DNA of 37,275 nucleotides from NCBI GenBank assembly GCA_008369845.1, contig MRSU01000421.1, forward strand, positions 1 to 37,275, given 5' to 3'. The notes under the pieces are model-generated. The model saw only the letters and a list, made by a program, of their open reading frames with translations, did no database searches and had not been told where the DNA came from. This DNA comes from Trichomonas gallinae. Taxonomy: Eukaryota. The position numbers and the translations under genes were made by a program. Shown in pieces: positions 1 through 8,990 of this stretch. Position 1 is the stretch's first letter; the number at the start of each line of letters is the position of its first letter.

Positions 1-344
1 CTCACCATGGCATGCTGGATCTACCATATGAGTTTCAAGAAGAAATCCGGTAAGAGCCGAAGTTTCCCCCCTTTTATTACTAGTATTATATGTGAATGAA
101 ACTCATATCTTTAATATTTATAATTTGCAAAATTTCAATGATTTTTGTCATGTAAACTTTTTATTTTGAATTGATAATCCATTATAATCATTAAAATTAA
201 TAAATGATGTAAAACACAAATAACCTTATTGTTAAAATTAACGTATTTTATCCCTAAATTTTATAGATCAACAGAACTATTGATTTGCATGTATACGATA
301 TAAAAAAACGAAAATTTTATTAAAATCTTGAATTAAAAACTAAA

Positions 345-1826
345 ATGGCGAATAAAGAAGTTGATCCTGTTTCTGCAGCTGAACATATTCAAGAATACAT
401 CGACAAAAAGGCTTTGTTCAACGTTTTCAATAGTTCTGATGTGCTTATTGAAGTTTTAAAGAATGCGAATTTATCTATAGACCAAGGCATGTATGTTTTC
501 AAAGAAGCAAAGAAATACATCAAAGATTCGGATCGTTTTGATTTCATTTGTGCATGCAAAATTGATCTAGGCAATAACAACAGAAAAGTTTGCGAATTAA
601 TTAATGCAGTTTATAAAATTATGCGGTTTGATCTATTTAAAAAGCTGTTTTATTTGATATATAAGTTAGATAAACATCTTGCAGATAACACAAACAAATT
701 ATTAAAAACAACATCAGAATTAGATAATGCTAAGAATCTACTTTCACAACAGAATGAAAAGATAGAGCTATTAGAACACGCTCAGAAAATGAATCAAGAG
801 AAATCTCAAGAAAAAGAAATTGCAAATAACAATAAAGCAATTGAAGAGCAAGGCATTATTGCACTCAGCAATAAAATCGTTGAACTACAGCAAACAATTG
901 ATATTTTGCGAAAACAAGCGAATCAACATAATGAAGAAAAAGAAGACCTCAAAACGGAAATTGCAGAGAAAGACAATAAAATTGCATATATGACAGAACG
1001 ATTAAAAGCATTTGAAAGTCAGATTCTTGAAGGAAATAATGTTGTATCTAAATTACGCGAATCTTTAATGGCAAAAGACAATGAAATTTGTGCACTCAAG
1101 CAAAATGGTGGAGGTGGATTAGATATAATAACAAAACTTAGAGAAACAATGGTTACAAAAGATAATGAAATTAATAATTTAAGACAAACATTGGCGAACA
1201 ATCATGAAGAAATAGCGAACATGCGCGCTGCAATGACAGAACTCGAATACCAGCTGCAAGTTGTAAAAGAAGCTGCAACGAATCCGATAAACACTCAAAT
1301 AGAAGAATTGAACAAATGCAGGAAAGATAGGAAAGACTTTCCAAAGATATATAAGATTCTCGACAGCTGCGTGAAGGATAATAATATGGATGCTGTCAAG
1401 CATTGCATACAAGGAAACTATCACGAAATACGTGATGAAAATGGAAATAATATGATTCTATGGGCTGCCTACAACGCGAATTTGCCTCTAGTTAAACTTC
1501 TTCACGAGTGTGGCGCTGATATAAGATCTAGGGCCAGAGATGGATACACTGTCTTGCACAGCTTCTCGCACTCTAACTGTGTAGATGGCGTGAAGTATTC
1601 TATGCAATATATAGATGTCAATGACTGCGACAACATTTACAAGTGGACGCCTCTCTTTGACGCTGCTATAGTCGGAAGTATTGATGTCTGCGAATTCTTG
1701 TGTCAGTTGAGCGCTGTGAAGAAGAACCAGAAGAACTCTGATGGAATTACTCCGCTAAAGATGGCAATGATTTGCAGAAGAAATAAGACGGCAGAAGTTC
1801 TTAAGAAATACGGCTGCACAGAGTAA
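345..1826 (+). CDS. Coiled-coil plus C-terminal ankyrin-repeat protein
   Basis: 493-aa ORF with ATG. Central heptad-rich region, then about 4 ankyrin repeats (GNNMILWAA, GYTVLHSFS, KWTPLFDAA, GITPLKMAM). Confidence 0.9.
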   Translation: MANKEVDPVSAAEHIQEYIDKKALFNVFNSSDVLIEVLKNANLSIDQGMYVFKEAKKYIKDSDRFDFICACKIDLGNNNRKVCELINAVYKIMRFDLFKKLFYLIYKLDKHLADNTNKLLKTTSELDNAKNLLSQQNEKIELLEHAQKMNQEKSQEKEIANNNKAIEEQGIIALSNKIVELQQTIDILRKQANQHNEEKEDLKTEIAEKDNKIAYMTERLKAFESQILEGNNVVSKLRESLMAKDNEICALKQNGGGGLDIITKLRETMVTKDNEINNLRQTLANNHEEIANMRAAMTELEYQLQVVKEAATNPINTQIEELNKCRKDRKDFPKIYKILDSCVKDNNMDAVKHCIQGNYHEIRDENGNNMILWAAYNANLPLVKLLHECGADIRSRARDGYTVLHSFSHSNCVDGVKYSMQYIDVNDCDNIYKWTPLFDAAIVGSIDVCEFLCQLSAVKKNQKNSDGITPLKMAMICRRNKTAEVLKKYGCTE

Positions 1827-1929
1827 TATATATATACTGTTTTATATGTTTTTTTGTTGTTTTTATATATGAATTTAAAAAGTGTTATAATACTATTGAA
1901 AACAAAATACTGGAGTCTACATTTGATAT

Positions 1930-2200
1930 TATAGAATAGTATTAATTGAAGGTGACTTTATTGAAGCTGAATATTCGTTCCCGATATAAATTTTAGTTAT
2001 GGAATCTAGATGAAAAATGTGATTTAGATTCAAAACATAGTTGTTAATTTGATGCAGCAATAAATAATGGTGTGTAGCCATATTTGATCCTGTTTCATTT
2101 TTAAAATATAATCTCATATGGTCTAAATAATAAATACTATTTCGAAGTTGAAACTAAAGATATGCTGATCCCAAATAATCCCTTTTGATTAACTTTGAGT
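1930..2200 (-). pseudogene. Degraded ankyrin-repeat gene relic (boundaries approximate)
   Basis: Minus strand 2079-2053 translates GYTPLFIAA, an ankyrin core, closely flanked by stop codons. Confidence 0.4.
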
Positions 2201-2365
2201 ATTTTTCACGAATCATAGCAAAATTAGTGTTGTGATGCACAAGCTTTATGTTAAAGATAAGAAATGACCTTGAGGAATGTATATAAATGAAAATGAATGA
2301 ATATTGATAATTTGTCATGTAAATTGTCAATTGTCAAAATTCGAAATTTGTTCGATCAATTAAAA

Positions 2366-3058
2366 ATGTGGATATCAGGAGATCTGAACGAAAATGATAG
2401 ACAGATTGTTAAAGTTGAATACAAGGGTGAAGCCGCAGAAAGCGAAAAATGCTTTGTAGCAACATCTATCACAGCTGCAACTTATATTCAAGCAATTACA
2501 CAAAAACAGAAACCAATCGGCCAGATTCTTGTCAATGAATATATTCTCAACAACATTGTCGATTACGCAAATGGTGCTAACGCTGATGCATCATTTTTCA
2601 AAACTACAAAATATAATGTTTTCAAGATTAACAATGCTACTATTGTTAATTTCGACTCAATTCCATTATCTCCTTCTGCATGCGCAGAACTCATCTATAA
2701 TATTACAAAAGCTAAAGAAATTATCGTTCTTTCTTCAATTCATCTCTCAATGTTCATCCCTGAGGGCTCCGAAGTTAACAAGATAATTACTCTTACTAAT
2801 GACTCTACAAAATCGAACTTCCCACCACCGAATACAATTGGAGGAATAAGTGCTTCGATTTTAACTAATGCAATTGCTAATAATATTCCATTCAAATATC
2901 ATGCTATTTTAGAGGAGGACTCAGGACCACTCCCTAAAACTTTCGAAGTCCTTGGAAATTTGTATCCAGAATTAAATATCGAGAAAATTGATATTCCACA
3001 GAAGGCTTATGATATCTATGAGTTCAAGATAAATGATCTTGGATTAATATATTCTTAA
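2366..3058 (+). CDS. Proteasome assembly chaperone 1 (PAC1/PSMG1)-like protein
   Basis: PPPNTIGGISASILTNAIANNIP resembles the PAC1 C-terminal motif. The protein ends in HbYX (I-Y-S). Start moved from 2297 to ATG 2366 because the upstream stretch contains promoter motifs and TCAAT at 2356. Confidence 0.65.
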   Translation: MWISGDLNENDRQIVKVEYKGEAAESEKCFVATSITAATYIQAITQKQKPIGQILVNEYILNNIVDYANGANADASFFKTTKYNVFKINNATIVNFDSIPLSPSACAELIYNITKAKEIIVLSSIHLSMFIPEGSEVNKIITLTNDSTKSNFPPPNTIGGISASILTNAIANNIPFKYHAILEEDSGPLPKTFEVLGNLYPELNIEKIDIPQKAYDIYEFKINDLGLIYS

Positions 3059-3102
3059 ATACAAATTTATTCAAACAAAAAATTAAATAAACATGAATCA
3101 AG

Positions 3103-4119
3103 CTATCTATACTTATATCTTGAATTAGCTCTTCTTGAATTAAACATTGTTGGTTGTGGATTTGGCTTTGGAAGCAATTTTTCGAAAATTAGAGAAATTA
3201 GTTGTAAAACTAACTTATTTTTGTCAGTATCAACAGGCTTTGCATCTAAGTTTGTAATTGCATTAACTAGAGCTTGTGTATCTTGATGAAATACTTGAAA
3301 TATCGTTGCTTTTGTTAAATGCAAGAAAATTGGAAGCCTTGTTTCGCTGTCTTTGCAGCAAATGTACAACTTGTTGAACACAGACTTATGCTCTGGCGTC
3401 CATCGCTTGAATATGTTGACTTTCTTGACTTCTTTGCAACTTTTAACACCAAGATCTTTTAGCATAGGTTCCATGCTATACACTCTGACTTCGCTGTTCG
3501 TTTTCTGTGCCTCCTCTGGGGTGAGCTCCGAGGATGAATATGGTGCCCTGCACATCGGGCAAACACAAGGCCGCATGCCTTTAAAACACGCGCGAGACCA
3601 CTCGTGGATACATGAGAGGCAAAATTTGTGTCCGCATGGTAAAGTTTCTGCTGCGATACACGGGCAGTAGCATATTGCGCACGTTTCTAGTAGGTCTGAA
3701 GTAAGCAGTGAAGCATTCAAGTCGATGTTTTGGCAAAATCTGACTGGAACAGGAGCCAAATAGAAAACATATCTGCATTCGGCCAATTTCGTTGACTCTA
3801 TGATATCGCCAAGGAGAAATGCGGATCCACCACCGAATACAATTTCATCTCCGTAATTTAAAATAATTCGATGAATTTTCTTACCATTTACGAATGTTCC
3901 GTTGAGTGAGTTGTTGTCTTCGATGATCCATATTTCGGAGTTTTGATGAACACGACGATAAATCGTTGTATGATGTTTTGAGACTTCTTTTCCACGCGAT
4001 GTATCCATTTTGACATTTGCTTTGCGTCCAATTGTTGTTTTCTCTTGGTCAAGAACGACAATTGTTGGAGCATTTGGATTTTCCATAGGCGAAAGCCTAA
4101 GAAGAAGTCCAATTCCCAT
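3103..4119 (-). CDS. FHA domain + C3HC4 RING E3 ubiquitin ligase (RNF8/CHFR-like architecture)
   Basis: FHA motifs IGR..VSKHH..SLNGTFVNG. RING CAIC..LPCGHKFCLSC..CPMC. First ATG at 4119. Confidence 0.9.
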   Translation of the reverse strand: MGIGLLLRLSPMENPNAPTIVVLDQEKTTIGRKANVKMDTSRGKEVSKHHTTIYRRVHQNSEIWIIEDNNSLNGTFVNGKKIHRIILNYGDEIVFGGGSAFLLGDIIESTKLAECRYVFYLAPVPVRFCQNIDLNASLLTSDLLETCAICYCPCIAAETLPCGHKFCLSCIHEWSRACFKGMRPCVCPMCRAPYSSSELTPEEAQKTNSEVRVYSMEPMLKDLGVKSCKEVKKVNIFKRWTPEHKSVFNKLYICCKDSETRLPIFLHLTKATIFQVFHQDTQALVNAITNLDAKPVDTDKNKLVLQLISLIFEKLLPKPNPQPTMFNSRRANSRYKYR

Positions 4120-4441
4120 ATTAATCAAAAATATTAAAAAAATGTACGTTTAAAAATTTCATCATTAATTTTTGACATGTAATTTTTTATTTGACATTTA
4201 ATTCCTTACATGTCAATTATTAATTTACTTGTCAAATAAAATAATCTTAAATTTTAATTGCAATTTCTCAAGAATGAAAAAGAAAAGCTTCATTATAGAT
4301 ATAGTTTAGTTAACTCTTTATATATCAAAAAGATCGAAATAAGTATTTATTCTATTTCATTGATTAAAATTTCTTAAGCGTCATTATATAATTGGATAAA
4401 TTCAAGTACATTTACTGTAAAAAATAGAAGTATGATTTAGT

Positions 4442-6091
4442 TTAGAGGTCGTGAAACCCACCTTGCTTATTTTTGTTCTCAAAAATTTCGAACCGTGCGT
4501 TTTCATTGAGAAATTCAGCAACATCAGGTGTAAGATATGAATAATTCTCTTTGTAAAAGCATAATGAATCGAAACAGTTGAATTTTTCCAAACGTTTAAA
4601 ATCATCTTCTGTCAAGAATGAGTCGTGAGAAACTGCATTAGCATGGTATTGCAACATGCTGGAAATTGAATCCAAATGGAAGTAGGCGTCGTTATAATTC
4701 TTGCATGATACAAAGTCTTTGTCTATTGAGGAAATTAGGTGCTCAACGACGGTTTTATTCCAAGCATCATTTTGTTTTTCAGTAATTTGGATTTTATAAT
4801 TGCGTAAAACTTCTTGTCTGGCTAATCTGTATGATATTTCGGCTAAAACCTTTTGTATTAACATATTGATATCATCTGACTCGGAAACTTTTGTTTCTGA
4901 AACAATCAAATCTGAAATTTGTGTTACATAAAGTTTTGTGCCAGAAAAATCTTTAATGATTGAAATTGACTTCTTATAGAACGCATCTTTAACAGCTTCC
5001 TTATAATTTTCAAGATCAAATACTTTGCTGCCTCCTTTTGAAGCGCGGCTAACAAACTTGTGCAAGTACATTTGTATTACAACATTTTGGGCTAACTCCA
5101 GATCGAGCTGCAAATCTTTGATGGAATCTTTTAATTTTTCAAAGAAATCTTGATTTTGTTCTTCGTTCATGTACGTGCATTTGTATTGATCTGATGGATG
5201 CTCGTTAATAATGCAAAGCTCATCGCAGTCTCTTGGTACTTTTGATTTAATTTCTGTTTCAAGAACAAGATAATCGAATTTTGTGGCTAAGTTGAAGTAA
5301 TACTTTTCTGGGAATATTTTTCCAAAGGCTGGCAATTCAGTGTAGCACAATTGTATTGAATCTTTAACGTTTCCAAATATTATTTCAATCTGATCATCAG
5401 CAATCGAATGACTAGATGGATAAAATGGGGACAATTCGAACTCCTCTTTAAGATTTGGATATAAATAATCCTTAAAGAATGTTAGTTTTTCTTCATCATT
5501 TAATATTCCAAATTGAGTGATATTTTCTTTTGTTAAGAATGAGAATGAGTACTTGAGTGCGTTTGAAAATGATTTCATTATATCAAAGTTGCCTTTTGCG
5601 TTATAATCGCGATAAATTGAATGAAGAAAGTTTTCAAGGAAAGCAGTGTTGTTTATCCACATAGATGTAAGCAGCTCGTAGAAAAGAGAGTTATCATTTG
5701 CTAGAAGACATTGGCCTCTGATATCAGCTAATAATTCAGTTCCACGTGTTGAACCTTCTTCAGTAAGATTAAATTGAATGAGGGAGGGAAATGTCTGCCA
5801 AATGAATCTGGTTTTGTTGCCTTTGTCAGCCATGATTTTTGGTAAATTTGCATTAATGATATTTCTAAAATCATGTTTCTCACCCTGAGGTTCAGTATAT
5901 GATAAGATGGAATTCATTGTCTTTTGATTAACAAATTTAAATTCAATTTCTTTGGAATTCAATTTCGATCTTGTACGAATGTAAGCTATTATGAAGCCCT
6001 TAATCATTTGCTTTATGAGTATATTGGATATCTTGTCATAGAAGCATGCGACAATTTCATCTTTAAAGCTTGAATCAGGGTTTTCGCTCAT
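4442..6091 (-). CDS. Hypothetical protein (549 aa)
   Basis: Long ORF, ATG at 6091, upstream TTTGACATGTAAA motif. No domain recognised. Confidence 0.8.
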   Translation of the reverse strand: MSENPDSSFKDEIVACFYDKISNILIKQMIKGFIIAYIRTRSKLNSKEIEFKFVNQKTMNSILSYTEPQGEKHDFRNIINANLPKIMADKGNKTRFIWQTFPSLIQFNLTEEGSTRGTELLADIRGQCLLANDNSLFYELLTSMWINNTAFLENFLHSIYRDYNAKGNFDIMKSFSNALKYSFSFLTKENITQFGILNDEEKLTFFKDYLYPNLKEEFELSPFYPSSHSIADDQIEIIFGNVKDSIQLCYTELPAFGKIFPEKYYFNLATKFDYLVLETEIKSKVPRDCDELCIINEHPSDQYKCTYMNEEQNQDFFEKLKDSIKDLQLDLELAQNVVIQMYLHKFVSRASKGGSKVFDLENYKEAVKDAFYKKSISIIKDFSGTKLYVTQISDLIVSETKVSESDDINMLIQKVLAEISYRLARQEVLRNYKIQITEKQNDAWNKTVVEHLISSIDKDFVSCKNYNDAYFHLDSISSMLQYHANAVSHDSFLTEDDFKRLEKFNCFDSLCFYKENYSYLTPDVAEFLNENARFEIFENKNKQGGFHDL

Positions 6092-6302
6092 CAAAAATAA
6101 TATTATGCTGGAATTTTTAAAAATTTTATCGTTGGAAAATTAATCCAAAAAATTTGACATGTAAATTTTAAAAATGTCAATAAGGTTATATTCAAAAATC
6201 CAAAAATCATCATCTACTGTCAATAAGCCTGTATTTAATAGCTACTGAAATATATATAATAAATATAGAATTCTATTTAGAAAAATAACAATATGGATAT
6301 AT

Positions 6303-6920
6303 TCATTGTGCTGGAGCTGGTGCTGACTCTTCAGGAGGTTTAACTTCTTCTTTTGGTGGTTCTTGCGGTGGCTGTTCTTCAACTTGTGGTGGTGGTTCTT
6401 CTGCTTTAACTTCTTTTTGTTCTACTACTGGTTCTTCTGTTGGTTTTGGTGGCTCCTCTTTCTTTGGTTCTACTACTGGTTCTGGGAGTAAAGGATGTTC
6501 TGACATAGGAACTATTGATGATGGCACGTGATGCGCTAGTATCGACATAACTTGTGATGATTTGAGTAATTGAAGCATCCATTCTTCTTCTTTATTGCGT
6601 GGTAGTTTAGATATTTTGTTATTAAACCAATTTTCTAGCTCTTGTGCAATTAAATGAAGATATGTTCCTTCTTCATTATATAATTTTGCATTTTTCCAGA
6701 TTAAATTGACATCTGTTGTAAATAAATCCATAGTTTTGTATTCTCCTGCTGCTAATTTCTTTTTAACTGTAGCTAAATCCATTGGTTGTTTAATAATTTC
6801 ATAATAATCGGGAGCTCCGTCTCTTTCTGGGTCTACTTTCTCACGAAATGGCTTAGTTAATTCTTTTCTGTGCATTTTAACTACCAATTCGTGACATTTT
6901 CTTTTCTCGAAATCATTCAT
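6303..6920 (-). CDS. Single-bromodomain protein with Pro/Glu-rich tail
   Basis: PFREKVDP..APDYYEIIKQPMDL..IWKNAKLYN, with the conserved acetyl-lysine-binding Asn. Confidence 0.93.
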   Translation of the reverse strand: MNDFEKRKCHELVVKMHRKELTKPFREKVDPERDGAPDYYEIIKQPMDLATVKKKLAAGEYKTMDLFTTDVNLIWKNAKLYNEEGTYLHLIAQELENWFNNKISKLPRNKEEEWMLQLLKSSQVMSILAHHVPSSIVPMSEHPLLPEPVVEPKKEEPPKPTEEPVVEQKEVKAEEPPPQVEEQPPQEPPKEEVKPPEESAPAPAQ

Positions 6921-7318
6921 CTTTTCTCCCTTTAGAAATAATAACTAGATCATCATAATTTTTTACAAAAATTTAAAAATAAGACCAGTCTCTAATAGCT
7001 TTAATCCTTTGAAAATCGATATTTTATTTTGAAAATTTTAAAATATTTAATTTGACTTCTTAAAATGACAATTTAATCATAATATTCGCAATATTATCTG
7101 TATTTTCGTTCTCAATACATGATAGAAAAAGAAAAATTTCAAATTTGAAAATATTAATATATGAACATCTTATTATCTTATTCATACTCAATATAATTAA
7201 CACTATAGATTTATACAAATATTTATATCTAATTCTAAATTAATCAAGAGATCAAATAATATTATATCTTTCTCGAGTAATTGATTTCTTATTGGTTCAT
7301 TATCTATGCTTCATGATA

Positions 7319-8677
7319 TTATTGATCATGAATTTGAGAATCTTTTGTTTGCAATAATTTTTCTTGTTTTTTTAATGCTTTCTTTTGTCTCTTTCTATCT
7401 CGTGCCGATTCTCTGCGCAAATATCCTTCAGGGTTGGATCTGTCTGAATGAACAAGAGCTCTAACTCTTAAAAATGATTGATTTTTTAATGTAAACTCTA
7501 CTTTCGCAGTGTCATCTTCATGTGTCTTAACAAAAGTCAGTAAATGTCGACAATATCGTGTCATCAAAACTTGTTGACAATCTGAAATCAATTTTAAAGA
7601 AGGATGCTTTGGAAGATCATTTTCTGCATCATAGTCATATCCTGTTGGAAGCCAATAAACCAATCTTCCACCAACTTTAAGGCAAACTGCTGCAACTTCA
7701 TATAATCTCAAAAGTAGCGGCAATAAAGGAGATTTTCCATCAGAACGTTGCTTTTCACGGATTCCATATGGAGGGTCTGTGACAATTGCATCGAGTTTTG
7801 GCATTTTTTTGTAACGAATATTATCTGATAAAAAATCTAAACGAAACACCCCTAAAAATAGATGAGAAAGACCATATTGAGCGAAATTGGATGGTATTGA
7901 AACATCATCTTTCTTATCTGGCCCATGCTGTGTCATTGATTTCATATCAAAATCAGAACCAATAGTATAGGCGCCGAGTGAAGCGGCTGCTATCAGTAAT
8001 GAACCTGATCCAACAAAAGGATCATATATTATCTTTCCAGGAGCAGCCAAACATTGAATGCAAGCATGTAATGCTACAGACTCTTCCATTGACGTTTTAT
8101 TGATGAATCTTCTTTCTCTCAATGTATATTTTTCTGGCATTTCAAACGCTCCTTTTGCAATTTCAACACCTAAATAATATCTTTCAGAAGAAATAGATGA
8201 TTTTTGCTCAGGAATCATTCTAACATATAGCAATACCATATTCTTCGGATTTACAAGATCAACGGCTGAGCTAATTCCAAGAGTTGTGATGATTCTTTCA
8301 ATATATATAAGTCGTTGATCTTTTGATATTCTTCCACCAAAAGATTCTATTCTAACAGCAAATGAGCCGCTATTTATGTTGTGTTGGACGCCTTCTGCTA
8401 ATTTTATAATAGTTTCAAAATCAGGTCCATCACAAAATAGCTTTGCTACAGCGCGTGTGACAATAGATCTTGATGCAAATCTTATTGCATCATCATCAGA
8501 TTTAAATAGTAAAACTATAAAATAAGATTCAGGAGATTCACCTATTTTAAGAGTTTTATCCTCAAATTCCATTTCTATATTTAGAATTTGAGCCAATGCA
8601 ATCATATCTGATACAACAAAATTTGCATTTCTCAGTGTAACATAAAAAACATATCTATGCATTATGTCATATTTCAT
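7319..8677 (-). CDS. TRM11: tRNA (guanine(10)-N2)-methyltransferase
   Basis: SAM motif YDPFVGSGSLL, catalytic IVTDPPYGIRE, GGRLVYW. An alternative start exists at ATG 8662. Confidence 0.9.
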   Translation of the reverse strand: MKYDIMHRYVFYVTLRNANFVVSDMIALAQILNIEMEFEDKTLKIGESPESYFIVLLFKSDDDAIRFASRSIVTRAVAKLFCDGPDFETIIKLAEGVQHNINSGSFAVRIESFGGRISKDQRLIYIERIITTLGISSAVDLVNPKNMVLLYVRMIPEQKSSISSERYYLGVEIAKGAFEMPEKYTLRERRFINKTSMEESVALHACIQCLAAPGKIIYDPFVGSGSLLIAAASLGAYTIGSDFDMKSMTQHGPDKKDDVSIPSNFAQYGLSHLFLGVFRLDFLSDNIRYKKMPKLDAIVTDPPYGIREKQRSDGKSPLLPLLLRLYEVAAVCLKVGGRLVYWLPTGYDYDAENDLPKHPSLKLISDCQQVLMTRYCRHLLTFVKTHEDDTAKVEFTLKNQSFLRVRALVHSDRSNPEGYLRRESARDRKRQKKALKKQEKLLQTKDSQIHDQ

Positions 8678-8990
8678 ACTTTACTTGACAAATTTTCCAA
8701 AAATTACATGATAAATGTAAATTTACTTGACAAAAATATTTAAAATCTACATGGCAGAAAGTGTATATTTATATGTCAAAATATTAAAACATGAAATTAT
8801 GTTGAATAAGAGTTAAAACATTGATATAGAAGTGGAATTATGACTCTATGCATTGTAATTTTCATAAAGAATTGGTGAATGAGGATTTGGTTGTGATTGA
8901 GGATTTTGAATTGTACAAAATATGATTAGAATCATTCATTGGAAGTATGATATAAACATCTAATTCACATTTTGAGTAAAATGATAATGA

